From contig JACRIR010000051.1 of NCBI GenBank assembly GCA_016215705.1, positions 7,771 through 71,770 on the forward strand: DNA of 64,000 bases. The letters run 5' to 3'. Position 1 is the first letter of the stretch, and each line of letters opens with the position of its first letter. A program made the translations under genes and the position numbers. Below are positions 19,695 to 28,284 of the stretch, piece by piece. The notes under the pieces are model-generated. The model did no database searches and was not told where the DNA came from. It saw only the letters and a list, made by a program, of their open reading frames with translations. Origin of the DNA: Candidatus Poribacteria bacterium. GTDB taxonomy: Bacteria > Abyssobacteria > SURF-5.

Positions 19695-20858
19695 ATGGAC
19701 GTTATATACACAATCCTCCTTGTATTCTGCGGCTTCGCAATAATTGTGATCGGCCTGTCGCTTCAGCATGTGGGCCCGTTTCTGGTTTTTCTCGCATTTG
19801 TGACTGCCGGAGCGATCTTCCTTTCGCGTCTCGGCTGGCTCAGGAATTTTCGGCAAATTACGAATCGCAACCCGCGTTCTCTCTACTTTGCTCTTGCTCT
19901 CTGCATTGTCGCTTACCCATTCATATTCACCTTGTTGAAGAGCGCTTATTGGATACATGTCGCCGCCATTGCCGGAATATACGCATGCCTTGCGCTCGGC
20001 TTGAATATCACCGTCGGGTTTGCCGGACTTCTCGATCTGGGATATGTCGCATTCTATGCAATCGGAGCATATTCGTCCGCCATCTTCTTCCGGCATTATC
20101 CTGATGCCCGATGGATGTTCTGGGTCATACTGCCCGCAGCGGCTCTACTCGCGGGCATATTCGGACTGCTCCTGGGCAGTCCCACATTGAGGCTGCGCGG
20201 AGATTATCTTGCCATTGTCACTCTCGGATTCGGACAGATAGTCCGCATTATCGCGACCAATTGGGAATCGGTCACCAACGGCCCAAAAGGTATTGCCGAC
20301 ATCCCGGGCCCCACAATCGGGCGCTATTCCTTCGAGACAGGAATTCCGGTGGGGAGCCTCGTCCTGCCGCGAGTTGCCAACTACTATTTTCTCATAGTTC
20401 TGCTTGCCCTCGGAATAGGAGTTGCCGCCAACCGGCTGAATCATTCGCGCATCGGGCGCGCATGGATAGCCATACGTGAAGACGAACTGGCTGCGAGTTG
20501 TTCGGGCGTCAACGTAACGGCAATCAAACTGCTGGCCTTCGCAATCGGCGCGAGTTTCGCAGGCATAGCAGGTGTCGTTTACTCGAGCCTGATAGGTTTC
20601 GTCGACCCGATGAGCTTCACTTTCATGGAATCGGCAATGATCGTTTGCATGGTGGTCCTCGGCGGCATGGGAAGCATCCCGGGCGTAATCGTCGGCGCCA
20701 TCGTGCTGGCGATACTGCCGGAAAAATTGCGCGAGTTCGAACAGATTCGGATGCTCCTGTTCGGGGCTGCGTTGATAGCTATGATGGCGTTCCGACCTGA
20801 AGGCCTGATCCCGAGTAAGCGAAGGGAACAGGAACTGCTCGAGACGACAGATGAATGA
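19695..20858 (+). CDS. livM: branched-chain amino acid ABC transporter permease
   Basis: 387 aa LivM-type permease. Confidence 0.9.
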   Translation: MDVIYTILLVFCGFAIIVIGLSLQHVGPFLVFLAFVTAGAIFLSRLGWLRNFRQITNRNPRSLYFALALCIVAYPFIFTLLKSAYWIHVAAIAGIYACLALGLNITVGFAGLLDLGYVAFYAIGAYSSAIFFRHYPDARWMFWVILPAAALLAGIFGLLLGSPTLRLRGDYLAIVTLGFGQIVRIIATNWESVTNGPKGIADIPGPTIGRYSFETGIPVGSLVLPRVANYYFLIVLLALGIGVAANRLNHSRIGRAWIAIREDELAASCSGVNVTAIKLLAFAIGASFAGIAGVVYSSLIGFVDPMSFTFMESAMIVCMVVLGGMGSIPGVIVGAIVLAILPEKLREFEQIRMLLFGAALIAMMAFRPEGLIPSKRREQELLETTDE

Positions 20859-21654
20859 GAACACTCCGCTTCTGCAAATCCGACGATTGAGCAAATCTTT
20901 CGGCGGCCTGAAAGCCGTGGACGCCGTCGATCTCGGAGTGCAGCCCGGCGAAATCCTGAGCATCATCGGCCCAAACGGCTCAGGCAAAACAACGCTCTTC
21001 AACGTTATCTCCGGTATCTACCTGCCCGACGAAGGAGAAATCCTGCTTCGATCGCCGGACCAGCCTGAGATAAACCTGGTAGGTCTCAGGCCGCATCAAG
21101 TCACAGCCAAAGGCGTTGGCCGCACTTTTCAGAACATCCGCCTCTTCGCCAACATGACCGTGCTCGAAAACGTAATGGTCGGCATGCACTGCAGGTCGTC
21201 CTCAGGAGCATTGGGCGCTGTCCTGCAAGCCAAATCCGCGCGGAGGGAGGAGCGCAGGGTTGTCCAGGAGTCGCAACGACTTCTCGCCCTGTTCCACAGT
21301 CAACTGATTCCGGTCATGAACCAACCTGCGAAAGCCCTGCCTTTCGCCGACCGGAAGCGGTTGGAGATTATTCGCGCGATCGCATCCGAACCCAGGCTGC
21401 TCTTGCTTGATGAGCCCGCCGCAGGCATGAATCCGCACGAGACAAGGGCTTTCATGGATGACCTGAAACGCCTTCGCGACAGGGGACACACACTCATGGT
21501 TATCGAGCACGACATGATGATGGTCAAAGGGCTGTCTGACCGCGTGATTGCATTTGACTACGGCCGCAAGATTGCCGAAGGCGTCTTCGAGCAAGTGCGC
21601 CGAAATGAGATGGTGATCGAGGCTTACCTGGGAAGAAAGCATGGCATTGCTTGA
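20851..21654 (+). CDS. livG: branched-chain amino acid ABC transporter ATP-binding protein
   Basis: 267 aa with Walker A GPNGSGKTT, signature motif and LivG-type insertion. Confidence 0.9.
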   Translation: MNENTPLLQIRRLSKSFGGLKAVDAVDLGVQPGEILSIIGPNGSGKTTLFNVISGIYLPDEGEILLRSPDQPEINLVGLRPHQVTAKGVGRTFQNIRLFANMTVLENVMVGMHCRSSSGALGAVLQAKSARREERRVVQESQRLLALFHSQLIPVMNQPAKALPFADRKRLEIIRAIASEPRLLLLDEPAAGMNPHETRAFMDDLKRLRDRGHTLMVIEHDMMMVKGLSDRVIAFDYGRKIAEGVFEQVRRNEMVIEAYLGRKHGIA

Positions 21655-22354
21655 GATGACAAATGTGGTCAGTTTTTATGGCCTCATCCAAGTGCTCAGG
21701 GGCGTGAGCCTCAGAGTCGAAAACGGAGAGATTGTCTGCCTCCTCGGAAGCAATGGCGCGGGCAAGAGCACAACTATGAAGACTATTTTGGGCATTGTGC
21801 GCCCGCGCGAGGGCGCCATAAGCTTCAAGGGGGAACTGATTGATCGCTTGCCCACCTCCGCTGTCGTGTCGCGAGGAATATCGACCGTACCCGAATCCCG
21901 CCGCATATTCCCGCGTCTCTCCGTCGAGGAAAACCTTGAAATAGGAGCATATGTTCGCGGAGTCGGGCTTCACAGGTTGCGGCCTCAACTGGATCACGTA
22001 TATTCGCTTTTCCCTCGATTGAAAGAACGCCGCCGTCAGGCCGGTGGAACCCTCAGCGGCGGCGAGCAACAAATGCTCGCAATCGGACGCGCGCTCATGG
22101 TGCAGCCTAAACTGGTGCTCATGGACGAGCCCTCAATGGGGCTTTCACCCGTCCTTGTCGATCAGATATTCGAAATCATCCAGTCCATAAACCAGGGAGG
22201 AACCTCGATCTTGCTCGTCGAACAGAACGCTCGGATGGCCCTGTCCATCGCCGGGCGCGGCTATGTGATGCAAACGGGGCGAATCGTTGCTGAAGGCACG
22301 GGCCAGGAACTCCTACACAGCGAGGAAATCCGAACCGCTTATTTGGGAGAGTAA
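21641..22354 (+). CDS. livF: branched-chain amino acid ABC transporter ATP-binding protein
   Basis: 237 aa with Walker A GSNGAGKST, signature LSGGEQQ, Walker B LVLMDEPS. Confidence 0.9.
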   Translation: MALLEMTNVVSFYGLIQVLRGVSLRVENGEIVCLLGSNGAGKSTTMKTILGIVRPREGAISFKGELIDRLPTSAVVSRGISTVPESRRIFPRLSVEENLEIGAYVRGVGLHRLRPQLDHVYSLFPRLKERRRQAGGTLSGGEQQMLAIGRALMVQPKLVLMDEPSMGLSPVLVDQIFEIIQSINQGGTSILLVEQNARMALSIAGRGYVMQTGRIVAEGTGQELLHSEEIRTAYLGE

Positions 22355-22390
22355 GCCGTTTGTGTCGCACGCTCTGTATCGAATTTTAGC

Positions 22391-22420
22391 TTGACAAACC
22401 TTTTTTTTGAGCGGTATAAT
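22391..22420 (+). promoter_or_regulatory. sigma70-like promoter upstream of the subtilase gene
   Basis: TTGACA (22391-22396), an 18-nt spacer, then TATAAT (22415-22420). Predicts a 5' leader of about 300 nt. Confidence 0.55.
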
Positions 22421-22635
22421 CAACCAGTCCCTCAGCTTGTGAAGTGGCTGCGTTATACATAATTGAGTCAGTCACACGAGGGACTATTTGAATCAGATCG
22501 CTACGGGTGCGAATTCATTTGCACAATCAGACGCATTTTGGCAAGACCCCGGGAAGCTTGAGTTCATTCATACAATATTTTCCTGCTTGCAGAGCCAGAG
22601 AAGAGGTTTGCAGTCGCCCTATGTGATTATTCTCG

Positions 22636-22678
22636 AACCGGAAAGGCGCGGCGCAAGAGCATTGCGCCGGTTTCCGGT
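22636..22678 (+). other. stable near-perfect hairpin in the subtilase 5' leader
   Basis: aaccggaaaggcgcggcgcaagagcattgcgccggtttccggtt. The arms accggaaa/tttccggt and ggcgc/gcgcc pair. Confidence 0.45.
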
Positions 22679-22736
22679 TTAATGAGTTTGACAAGGTTAT
22701 AACTGAAGTTTGGGATGGAAGCTTTGGGAGGAACAC

Positions 22737-25229
22737 ATGAAGAAGCGCTTGGGTTGGATTGCGGTCTTGTCGGCTCTGCCGGTCCTTTTCTTTCTCGCGC
22801 TGTCGCTCAGAAAAGAAGGAACGTCTGAAGCCGCGTCGGGAATGAGAAGGGTTGGAGTGCCCCTGGAGAGTCCCCTCTACAAAGAGGGCGAAATACTCGT
22901 GCAAATGAAGCCGGGGATATCAAAAAGCGCCTCCCTCAGTGTTCATTCGGCTTTTGGCGCAGCAAAGATCGAGGATCTAGGTGGCGGGGCTGAGCTTGTG
23001 AAGTTACCGGCCGGTATGTCGGTGAATGAAGCAGTTGCGCTCTATTCCGCCAATGCCAATGTCTCGGAAGCATCTCCCAACTACTATCAGCGTGTCAGGC
23101 AAACATTCCCCAATGATCCGTCGTTCGGATTCCTCTGGGGAATGAATAACACCGGGCAAACCGGGGGAACTCCGGACGCTGACATCGATGCCCCCGAGGC
23201 ATGGGAGCTCACAACCGGTGACCCGGGTGTGGTGATCGCTGTCGTGGATACGGGCGTGGACTATAATCACCCCGACCTTGTCGCTAACATGTGGATTAAT
23301 CCGGGCGAGGTTGCTGGAAACGGAATCGACGACGATCTTAACGGTTACATCGATGACGTTCATGGGATAAATGCAATCGACGGAGTTACAAGCCCGGGAG
23401 ATCCGCTTGATGACAATGGGCATGGCACGCACGTAGCCGGCACTATCGGAGCCGTAGGCAACAACAGCGCCGGTGTCACCGGCATCAATTGGAACGTGAA
23501 AATAATGGCGCTGAAGTTTCTGACATCCGAAGGTTTTGGCGCAGTTAGCGACGAAGTCGAGTGCCTCAATTACATAGCCGACCAGGCTGATCGTGGCCAG
23601 AAGATCGTCGCCGTAAACGCCTCATTCGGCAGCTACTCGCCATTGTTCAGTTTCGAGCAGAATGCCATAGACAATCTGCGGCAGCGCGGTATCCTTTTCG
23701 TGGCCGCAGCCGGCAATGGGGATGTGAATGGCAATGGAGTGGAGAATGATGAATTGTTGCATATTCCCTCGAGCTACGACCTGCCAAATCTGATTTCTGT
23801 CGCCGCCACCAATGACACGGACAATCTGTCGGGCTTCTCGAATTTCGGCCGAAGGACAGTCCACGTTGGAGCGCCCGGAGAGAGTATTTTCAGCACTCTC
23901 TTAGGTGGAACATATGGACCTTTCGATACGGGATTTTCCGGCACGTCAATGGGAACTCCGCACGTGGTCGGCACAATCGGTTTGCTCTATGCCCGATTCC
24001 CGGTTCTGAATCCGGTGACGGATTGGCCTCTCGTAAGAAATCGGATTCTTACCGGTGGCGACATCGATCAATTCCTCGCCGGCAGAACAGTCACCGGCAG
24101 ACGATTGAACGCGTTTGGCGCTTTGACATGTTCCGGGACTACCGTCCTCGCCAGAATCAGACCCCTCACAAGCTTGACAAAATCCTGGCTATCCGGTGGT
24201 ATCACATTTTACATACCAGATCCTCTACCTGAGCGGAATGAGGCCACTGTTTTCTTCGGGCAAGACATCTTCGGCAATGCGTTCAGCATTCCTCTTAAGC
24301 TCTCAGCGCTTCACATCAACTGCGAGCAGCCCAACGGCAATGTCGTTGTTAATGTCGGCGGGCAGGCTGTCACCCTGCTCGATGGCGGCGTTTCGCCCGA
24401 CCGTGTTGCCGGCGACGGCGTCTATACTTCCGCGTGGAATCCCCCTCTTGCTGAAACAGACCTTGTTGCCACTTTTCCCAACACCGGCACTTCTATCGCT
24501 CCTTTTACCGACAGCTTTGTAGTTCACGTGCGCAGAACCGACGACCGGAACGGATTCGTTGTGGCGGACGCCGGAGTTTCTCAGACAGTCGAAGGAGGAA
24601 GTGTCGTGGATCTGGACGGCAGAATAAGCACGAGACGTCCCGAGATGTCGCCGGTGCTCACTTATACATGGACGCAAACGAGGGGGACGAATGTAACTCT
24701 TAATTTTGACGATACTCCATTCCCATTCTTCACGGCTCCGAGCGCAACAGGTGGCCCGGATGATACCTTGGTATTCGAATTGGAGGTGTCGGATCTTGAT
24801 GGAAACACGGCCACTGATACGACTGCGGTTACTGTAGCAGCCCCGGCGGCGGCGGGTGGCGGCGGCGGGGGTGGCGGAAGCTCGTGCTTCATCGCGACTG
24901 CGGCCTACGGTTCGGAAAATGCGCGAGACGTTGTGGTTCTCCGGCAGTTCCGGGACCGATACCTGATTACGAACGCGCCAGGCGCTGCATTTACGAACCT
25001 ATACTACAAGCTGTCACCTCCCGTAGCTTCGCTGATCGCAAACCGTCCCGCCCTTAAGAAAACTGTAAGGATTGGTCTGACTCCTGCGGTAGGGTTTGCA
25101 CAAGTCATGCTTGAAACAACAGGGGCCGAAAAACTTGTCATGAGCCTCCTGCTCGTTTCACTTGCCATCTCGCTTGTTATTTTCAGACAGCGGCACAAGA
25201 GGCTTGTTCACAGCGGAGATTCGATATAG
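22737..25229 (+). CDS. S8 family serine peptidase (subtilisin-like), secreted, with C-terminal Ig/PKD-like region, Gly8 linker and CFIATAAYGS-type C-terminal anchor module
   Basis: Catalytic triad motifs VVDTGVDYNHPDL, HGTHVAGTIG and GTSMGTPHV. Signal peptide MKKRLGWIAVLSALPVLFFLALS, preceded by the RBS gggagg. The ORF track starts 27 nt earlier at 22710. The C-terminus has GGGGGGGGSSCFIATAAYGS, then about 100 aa, a terminal TM helix and a basic tail. Confidence 0.85.
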   Translation: MKKRLGWIAVLSALPVLFFLALSLRKEGTSEAASGMRRVGVPLESPLYKEGEILVQMKPGISKSASLSVHSAFGAAKIEDLGGGAELVKLPAGMSVNEAVALYSANANVSEASPNYYQRVRQTFPNDPSFGFLWGMNNTGQTGGTPDADIDAPEAWELTTGDPGVVIAVVDTGVDYNHPDLVANMWINPGEVAGNGIDDDLNGYIDDVHGINAIDGVTSPGDPLDDNGHGTHVAGTIGAVGNNSAGVTGINWNVKIMALKFLTSEGFGAVSDEVECLNYIADQADRGQKIVAVNASFGSYSPLFSFEQNAIDNLRQRGILFVAAAGNGDVNGNGVENDELLHIPSSYDLPNLISVAATNDTDNLSGFSNFGRRTVHVGAPGESIFSTLLGGTYGPFDTGFSGTSMGTPHVVGTIGLLYARFPVLNPVTDWPLVRNRILTGGDIDQFLAGRTVTGRRLNAFGALTCSGTTVLARIRPLTSLTKSWLSGGITFYIPDPLPERNEATVFFGQDIFGNAFSIPLKLSALHINCEQPNGNVVVNVGGQAVTLLDGGVSPDRVAGDGVYTSAWNPPLAETDLVATFPNTGTSIAPFTDSFVVHVRRTDDRNGFVVADAGVSQTVEGGSVVDLDGRISTRRPEMSPVLTYTWTQTRGTNVTLNFDDTPFPFFTAPSATGGPDDTLVFELEVSDLDGNTATDTTAVTVAAPAAAGGGGGGGGSSCFIATAAYGSENARDVVVLRQFRDRYLITNAPGAAFTNLYYKLSPPVASLIANRPALKKTVRIGLTPAVGFAQVMLETTGAEKLVMSLLLVSLAISLVIFRQRHKRLVHSGDSI

Positions 25230-25276
25230 TCATGCAGAGTGAATAGAAATTTCTGCCTTGTTGTCACTAACAATCA

Positions 25277-25312
25277 GACCCCGGGGCTTTCCAGCCTCGG
25301 GGTCTTTCTTCT
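25277..25312. terminator. bidirectional Rho-independent terminator between convergent genes
   Basis: gaccccggggctttccagcctcggggtc followed by tttcttctc. Confidence 0.55.
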
Positions 25313-25373
25313 CGGACCTGCCCCAAATCGCCCTGAGCTCCTCTGCGTCCTCCACGGTGAATCATTTACTTGA

Positions 25374-26534
25374 TTAGGCTCGCCCGCGCATCGTGCGCCG
25401 CCCGAGGTAGACGCCGGCCAGGAATATCACGAGCAGAACGGCCCCCGCTCCGATTGCGGCTGTCTTCAGGTTGTCAGGGTTGATGAACATGTCGAGTCTT
25501 TCGAGGAGCTTGTTCCTCTCAGCTTCGAGAGTGTTGAGTTGCGCTGTCAAATCCTCATTCTTCTTTTCCGCTGCCTGCAAGCTGTTTTGGAGCCCCTTGA
25601 CTTTTTCAAAGCCGGCGGTCAGATCGCTCTCGTATTTCGTTTGTTTCTCCGTCGAGACCTTGAGGTTGCCCTCGAGGTCCTTCACTTGTGAACGAAGGCC
25701 AAAGAGGCTTCGATCACGCTCCAGTTCAGTTTCGCCTGCGGCTGCCAAGCGCTCAAACACGGTCTTCACCCATTTCGCATTCTGATAAGCGTCGATGCAT
25801 GCGTTGCTCAGCATGGTCCGGTCGCTCTTCACAAAGAGTACACCCCGCCCGACATAAGCTACGGCGGCTACGGGAGGAAATGACCCGATGCTATATAAGC
25901 CATTGTCGGAATAACAATCCTCGTCCCCCGTCGCAACCTCGACGGCATCCCGCGACAGAACAAGCGGTGCGCCGCCGTAGAAGCCTATGTTTTTGATTTC
26001 GGCGAGTTCAAAGCCTGAACGGGGTGGAAAACGCGTCAGTACGAATTTGCGGCCGGCGGGTGACTCTTTCATCGCAGAAGTAATATCCACGAGATCGCTC
26101 GCATCCATCGATACGCCGAAAATCTCGATGAACGGATTGACGATCTTGGCGGTTCCGCCATGAACGAAAACCGCGCCCCCCTTCTGCACTACAAACCAAA
26201 CAAGCGCAGACACCTCATCTTCTCTGAGAGGCCTCTCCGGGCTGGGATGCAGAACCACGATGTCATAAGGCGCCAGCTTCTGTTGAGTGATATCTCCCGA
26301 CGTCATCGAGGCGACCAGCGTACCGGCGGCGCGCAGCATCGCCGTCAGCTTTGAGTACCCGGCCGGCTCGGCGCTGAATGTTGTGTCGGCAGGAGCGAGA
26401 GCGGCCTCAAAGAACAATACTTTCTTCGGTTGGGCAGACGCTTCGGAACAGAGCAACAGCAGAAATGAGACGGCAACAAGTCCGATTCTCTTCAAGATAT
26501 TGTCCTCCTCCCAATGAGCGGGTCCACGGTTCAA
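25374..26534 (-). CDS. hypothetical exported protein with N-terminal DUF4350-like domain, coiled-coil segment and C-terminal TM anchor
   Basis: 386 aa. Signal peptide and heptad-rich region (EKVKGLQNSLQAAEKKNEDLTAQLNTLEAERNKLLERL). Terminal helix AAIGAGAVLLVIFLAGVYLG with a basic tail. Confidence 0.5.
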   Translation of the reverse strand: MNRGPAHWEEDNILKRIGLVAVSFLLLLCSEASAQPKKVLFFEAALAPADTTFSAEPAGYSKLTAMLRAAGTLVASMTSGDITQQKLAPYDIVVLHPSPERPLREDEVSALVWFVVQKGGAVFVHGGTAKIVNPFIEIFGVSMDASDLVDITSAMKESPAGRKFVLTRFPPRSGFELAEIKNIGFYGGAPLVLSRDAVEVATGDEDCYSDNGLYSIGSFPPVAAVAYVGRGVLFVKSDRTMLSNACIDAYQNAKWVKTVFERLAAAGETELERDRSLFGLRSQVKDLEGNLKVSTEKQTKYESDLTAGFEKVKGLQNSLQAAEKKNEDLTAQLNTLEAERNKLLERLDMFINPDNLKTAAIGAGAVLLVIFLAGVYLGRRTMRGRA

Positions 26535-26592
26535 AGTTCACGGTTCACGTTGAATCACGAAGAATCTGAGCGCCTAACGTCATTCTCACTTC
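26521..26592. repeat. composite repeat: family E (GTTCACGGTT/TGAATC) plus a family D fragment
   Basis: ggtccacggttcaaagttcacggttcacgttgaatcacgaagaatctgagcgcctaacgtcattctcac. Confidence 0.6.
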
Positions 26593-26914
26593 AGGAAATG
26601 ATTACAGCACGTACCACGCAATACGCACGACGCGCCACGTTTTTCGGGAATGACCAATGGTATTCTATTTTGTGTAGTTACGTTTGTCAAACAATCTTGA
26701 GAAGGCAGTCGAGACAAATGGAGTCTGCCACGACTAAGCACGTTCAACGTCTTCTGAACAAAGCGAAGAATCCCGTGCCTTCTGAGACCATTCTAACCCT
26801 GCACCCGCTCAACTCCACAAGGAGCGCCTGAGGCGTCGAACCCTTTCGCAATGATGTGCACGCTGGCGCGTACACCTTTAGCAAACGTCAATATGAATTA
26901 ATCTCCCCGCTACC

Positions 26915-26955
26915 TTGACAAACCATCTTCACTTTGATACATTGAGAATGTATTC
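26915..26955 (+). promoter_or_regulatory. candidate tetR promoter with overlapping palindromic operator
   Basis: TTGACA (26915-26920), a 17-nt spacer, then TACATT. The inverted repeat ATACATT-gag-AATGTAT (26936-26955) overlaps the -10 element. Confidence 0.4.
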
Positions 26956-27035
26956 GATGAATGTGCATTGCCCCTCTCATAGATCCCGATCCGTTGTGGT
27001 TCCGCCAGGGAAACCAATCGTGAGCAGAGGAATGT

Positions 27036-27659
27036 TTGCGAATGACGAGTGACCCCACCTTTGAACCTCTTGTCTCCGAAACGCGCGAGCGCATACTGCG
27101 AGCCGCGATGGAGCTCTTCCGCAAACACGGATTCAATAACACCTCCATAGCTCAGATTCTGCAGCACGCAAAGATCACCAAGGGCGGATTCTACTTCCAC
27201 TTCAAGAGCAAGGAAGAACTCGGATTCATAGTCCTCGAGCGCACCCGGGATTTCTGGATGGAGAATGTCATCGACGTAATCGCCCAGGAAGCCGGCGTCA
27301 GGCGCCGCATAAGCCGCATGGTTGAGATTATGACCGAGATGTATCGCGGCGACATCTTTCACGGTTGCGCGCTGCTTGCCGTGCTGACCGCCGAGATGAT
27401 GGAACATCCGACGGAATTCGCCGACCGCATAAGAAGCATAATAGCCGAATGGCAAAAGAGCATCATTGACATCCTTGAACAGGGCAAGACCGAAGGCATC
27501 TTCCGCAAGGATATGGATTCAAGCGCCTTGGCTCTGATTCTGATCGGATGCTGCCAGGGCACGACCATGATGGGACACCTTGACCCCGAAAACGTCAACT
27601 ACGACCTGCTTCTTCATGACCTCGAGAAATGGATTCTCGAGGGCTGCGCCCGACGCTGA
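27036..27659 (+). CDS. TetR/AcrR family transcriptional regulator
   Basis: 207 aa with the N-terminal HTH RILRAAMELFRKHGFNNTSIAQILQHAKITKGGFYFHF. Confidence 0.9.
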   Translation: MRMTSDPTFEPLVSETRERILRAAMELFRKHGFNNTSIAQILQHAKITKGGFYFHFKSKEELGFIVLERTRDFWMENVIDVIAQEAGVRRRISRMVEIMTEMYRGDIFHGCALLAVLTAEMMEHPTEFADRIRSIIAEWQKSIIDILEQGKTEGIFRKDMDSSALALILIGCCQGTTMMGHLDPENVNYDLLLHDLEKWILEGCARR

Positions 27660-27743
27660 AATGGCCATCTGACTGCGTCCTTGTCTGTCGTTCCGACACG
27701 GTCGGCATTCGTGCGCGCATGCTGGTGCCTGGTGGCCGCCTAC

Positions 27744-27786
27744 TTGACAACGAATGTTCATGTCCTGTATAATTCATCTTGTGAAT
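27744..27786 (+). promoter_or_regulatory. sigma70-like promoter plus candidate MarR operator
   Basis: TTGACA (27744-27749), an 18-nt spacer, then TATAAT (27768-27773). The inverted repeat ATTCA-N5-TGAAT (27772-27786) overlaps the -10 element. Confidence 0.5.
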
Positions 27787-27834
27787 AATTCGGGCCATGA
27801 AATACATAATCTCTCTCACTACCTTTGAGCAACT

Positions 27835-28284
27835 ATGATAACGCAAGACGCAGCCACAAGTTTTTGGAAAGCGTTCGACAAACTCATTCGTTCCTTCTCC
27901 TCGATGAACAACGTTTCCGGAATCATTGTCCTCGGCAAGCCGGATATCATTGCGCTTGAGGCTGTCTCCAGGAATGAGGGGCTCATTATGAGCGAGATGG
28001 CGCGGCTTCTGGAGATCAGGTTCAATACCGCAACGGGAATTGCTGACCGACTTGTTGAAAAGAAACTGTTAAAGCGCGAAGGAAAACATGGGGACAGGCG
28101 AGTAATTCGACTGTGTTTGACTGAAAAGGGCAGGAAAACCGTTACGGCTTATCAAAGGCATAGGGGAAAGTTTTTCAGGGAAATGATGGTCGCTCTTACG
28201 AAAAGTGAACAGGAAGCTTTTGTTTCTGTCCTCGTGAAAATCGCCGGCGTAATGGACAAGAAAAAAGGGGAAATGGCGAGGTGA
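27835..28284 (+). CDS. MarR family transcriptional regulator
   Basis: 149 aa winged HTH (MSEMARLLEIRFNTATGIADRLVEKKLLKREGKHGDRRVIRL). A 4-bp overlap with the downstream mutase gene indicates an operon. Confidence 0.85.
   Translation: MITQDAATSFWKAFDKLIRSFSSMNNVSGIIVLGKPDIIALEAVSRNEGLIMSEMARLLEIRFNTATGIADRLVEKKLLKREGKHGDRRVIRLCLTEKGRKTVTAYQRHRGKFFREMMVALTKSEQEAFVSVLVKIAGVMDKKKGEMAR

Noticed and set aside
22690-22709. TTGACA followed 3 nt later by TTATAAC just upstream of the subtilase start
   Set aside because: The spacing is incompatible with a sigma70 promoter. The upstream 22391-22420 promoter is properly spaced.
26514-26831. 105-aa plus-strand ORF in the region upstream of tetR
   Set aside because: It starts inside the family D/E repeat block and has no RBS or domain features. 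The region is better explained as promoter or repeat DNA.
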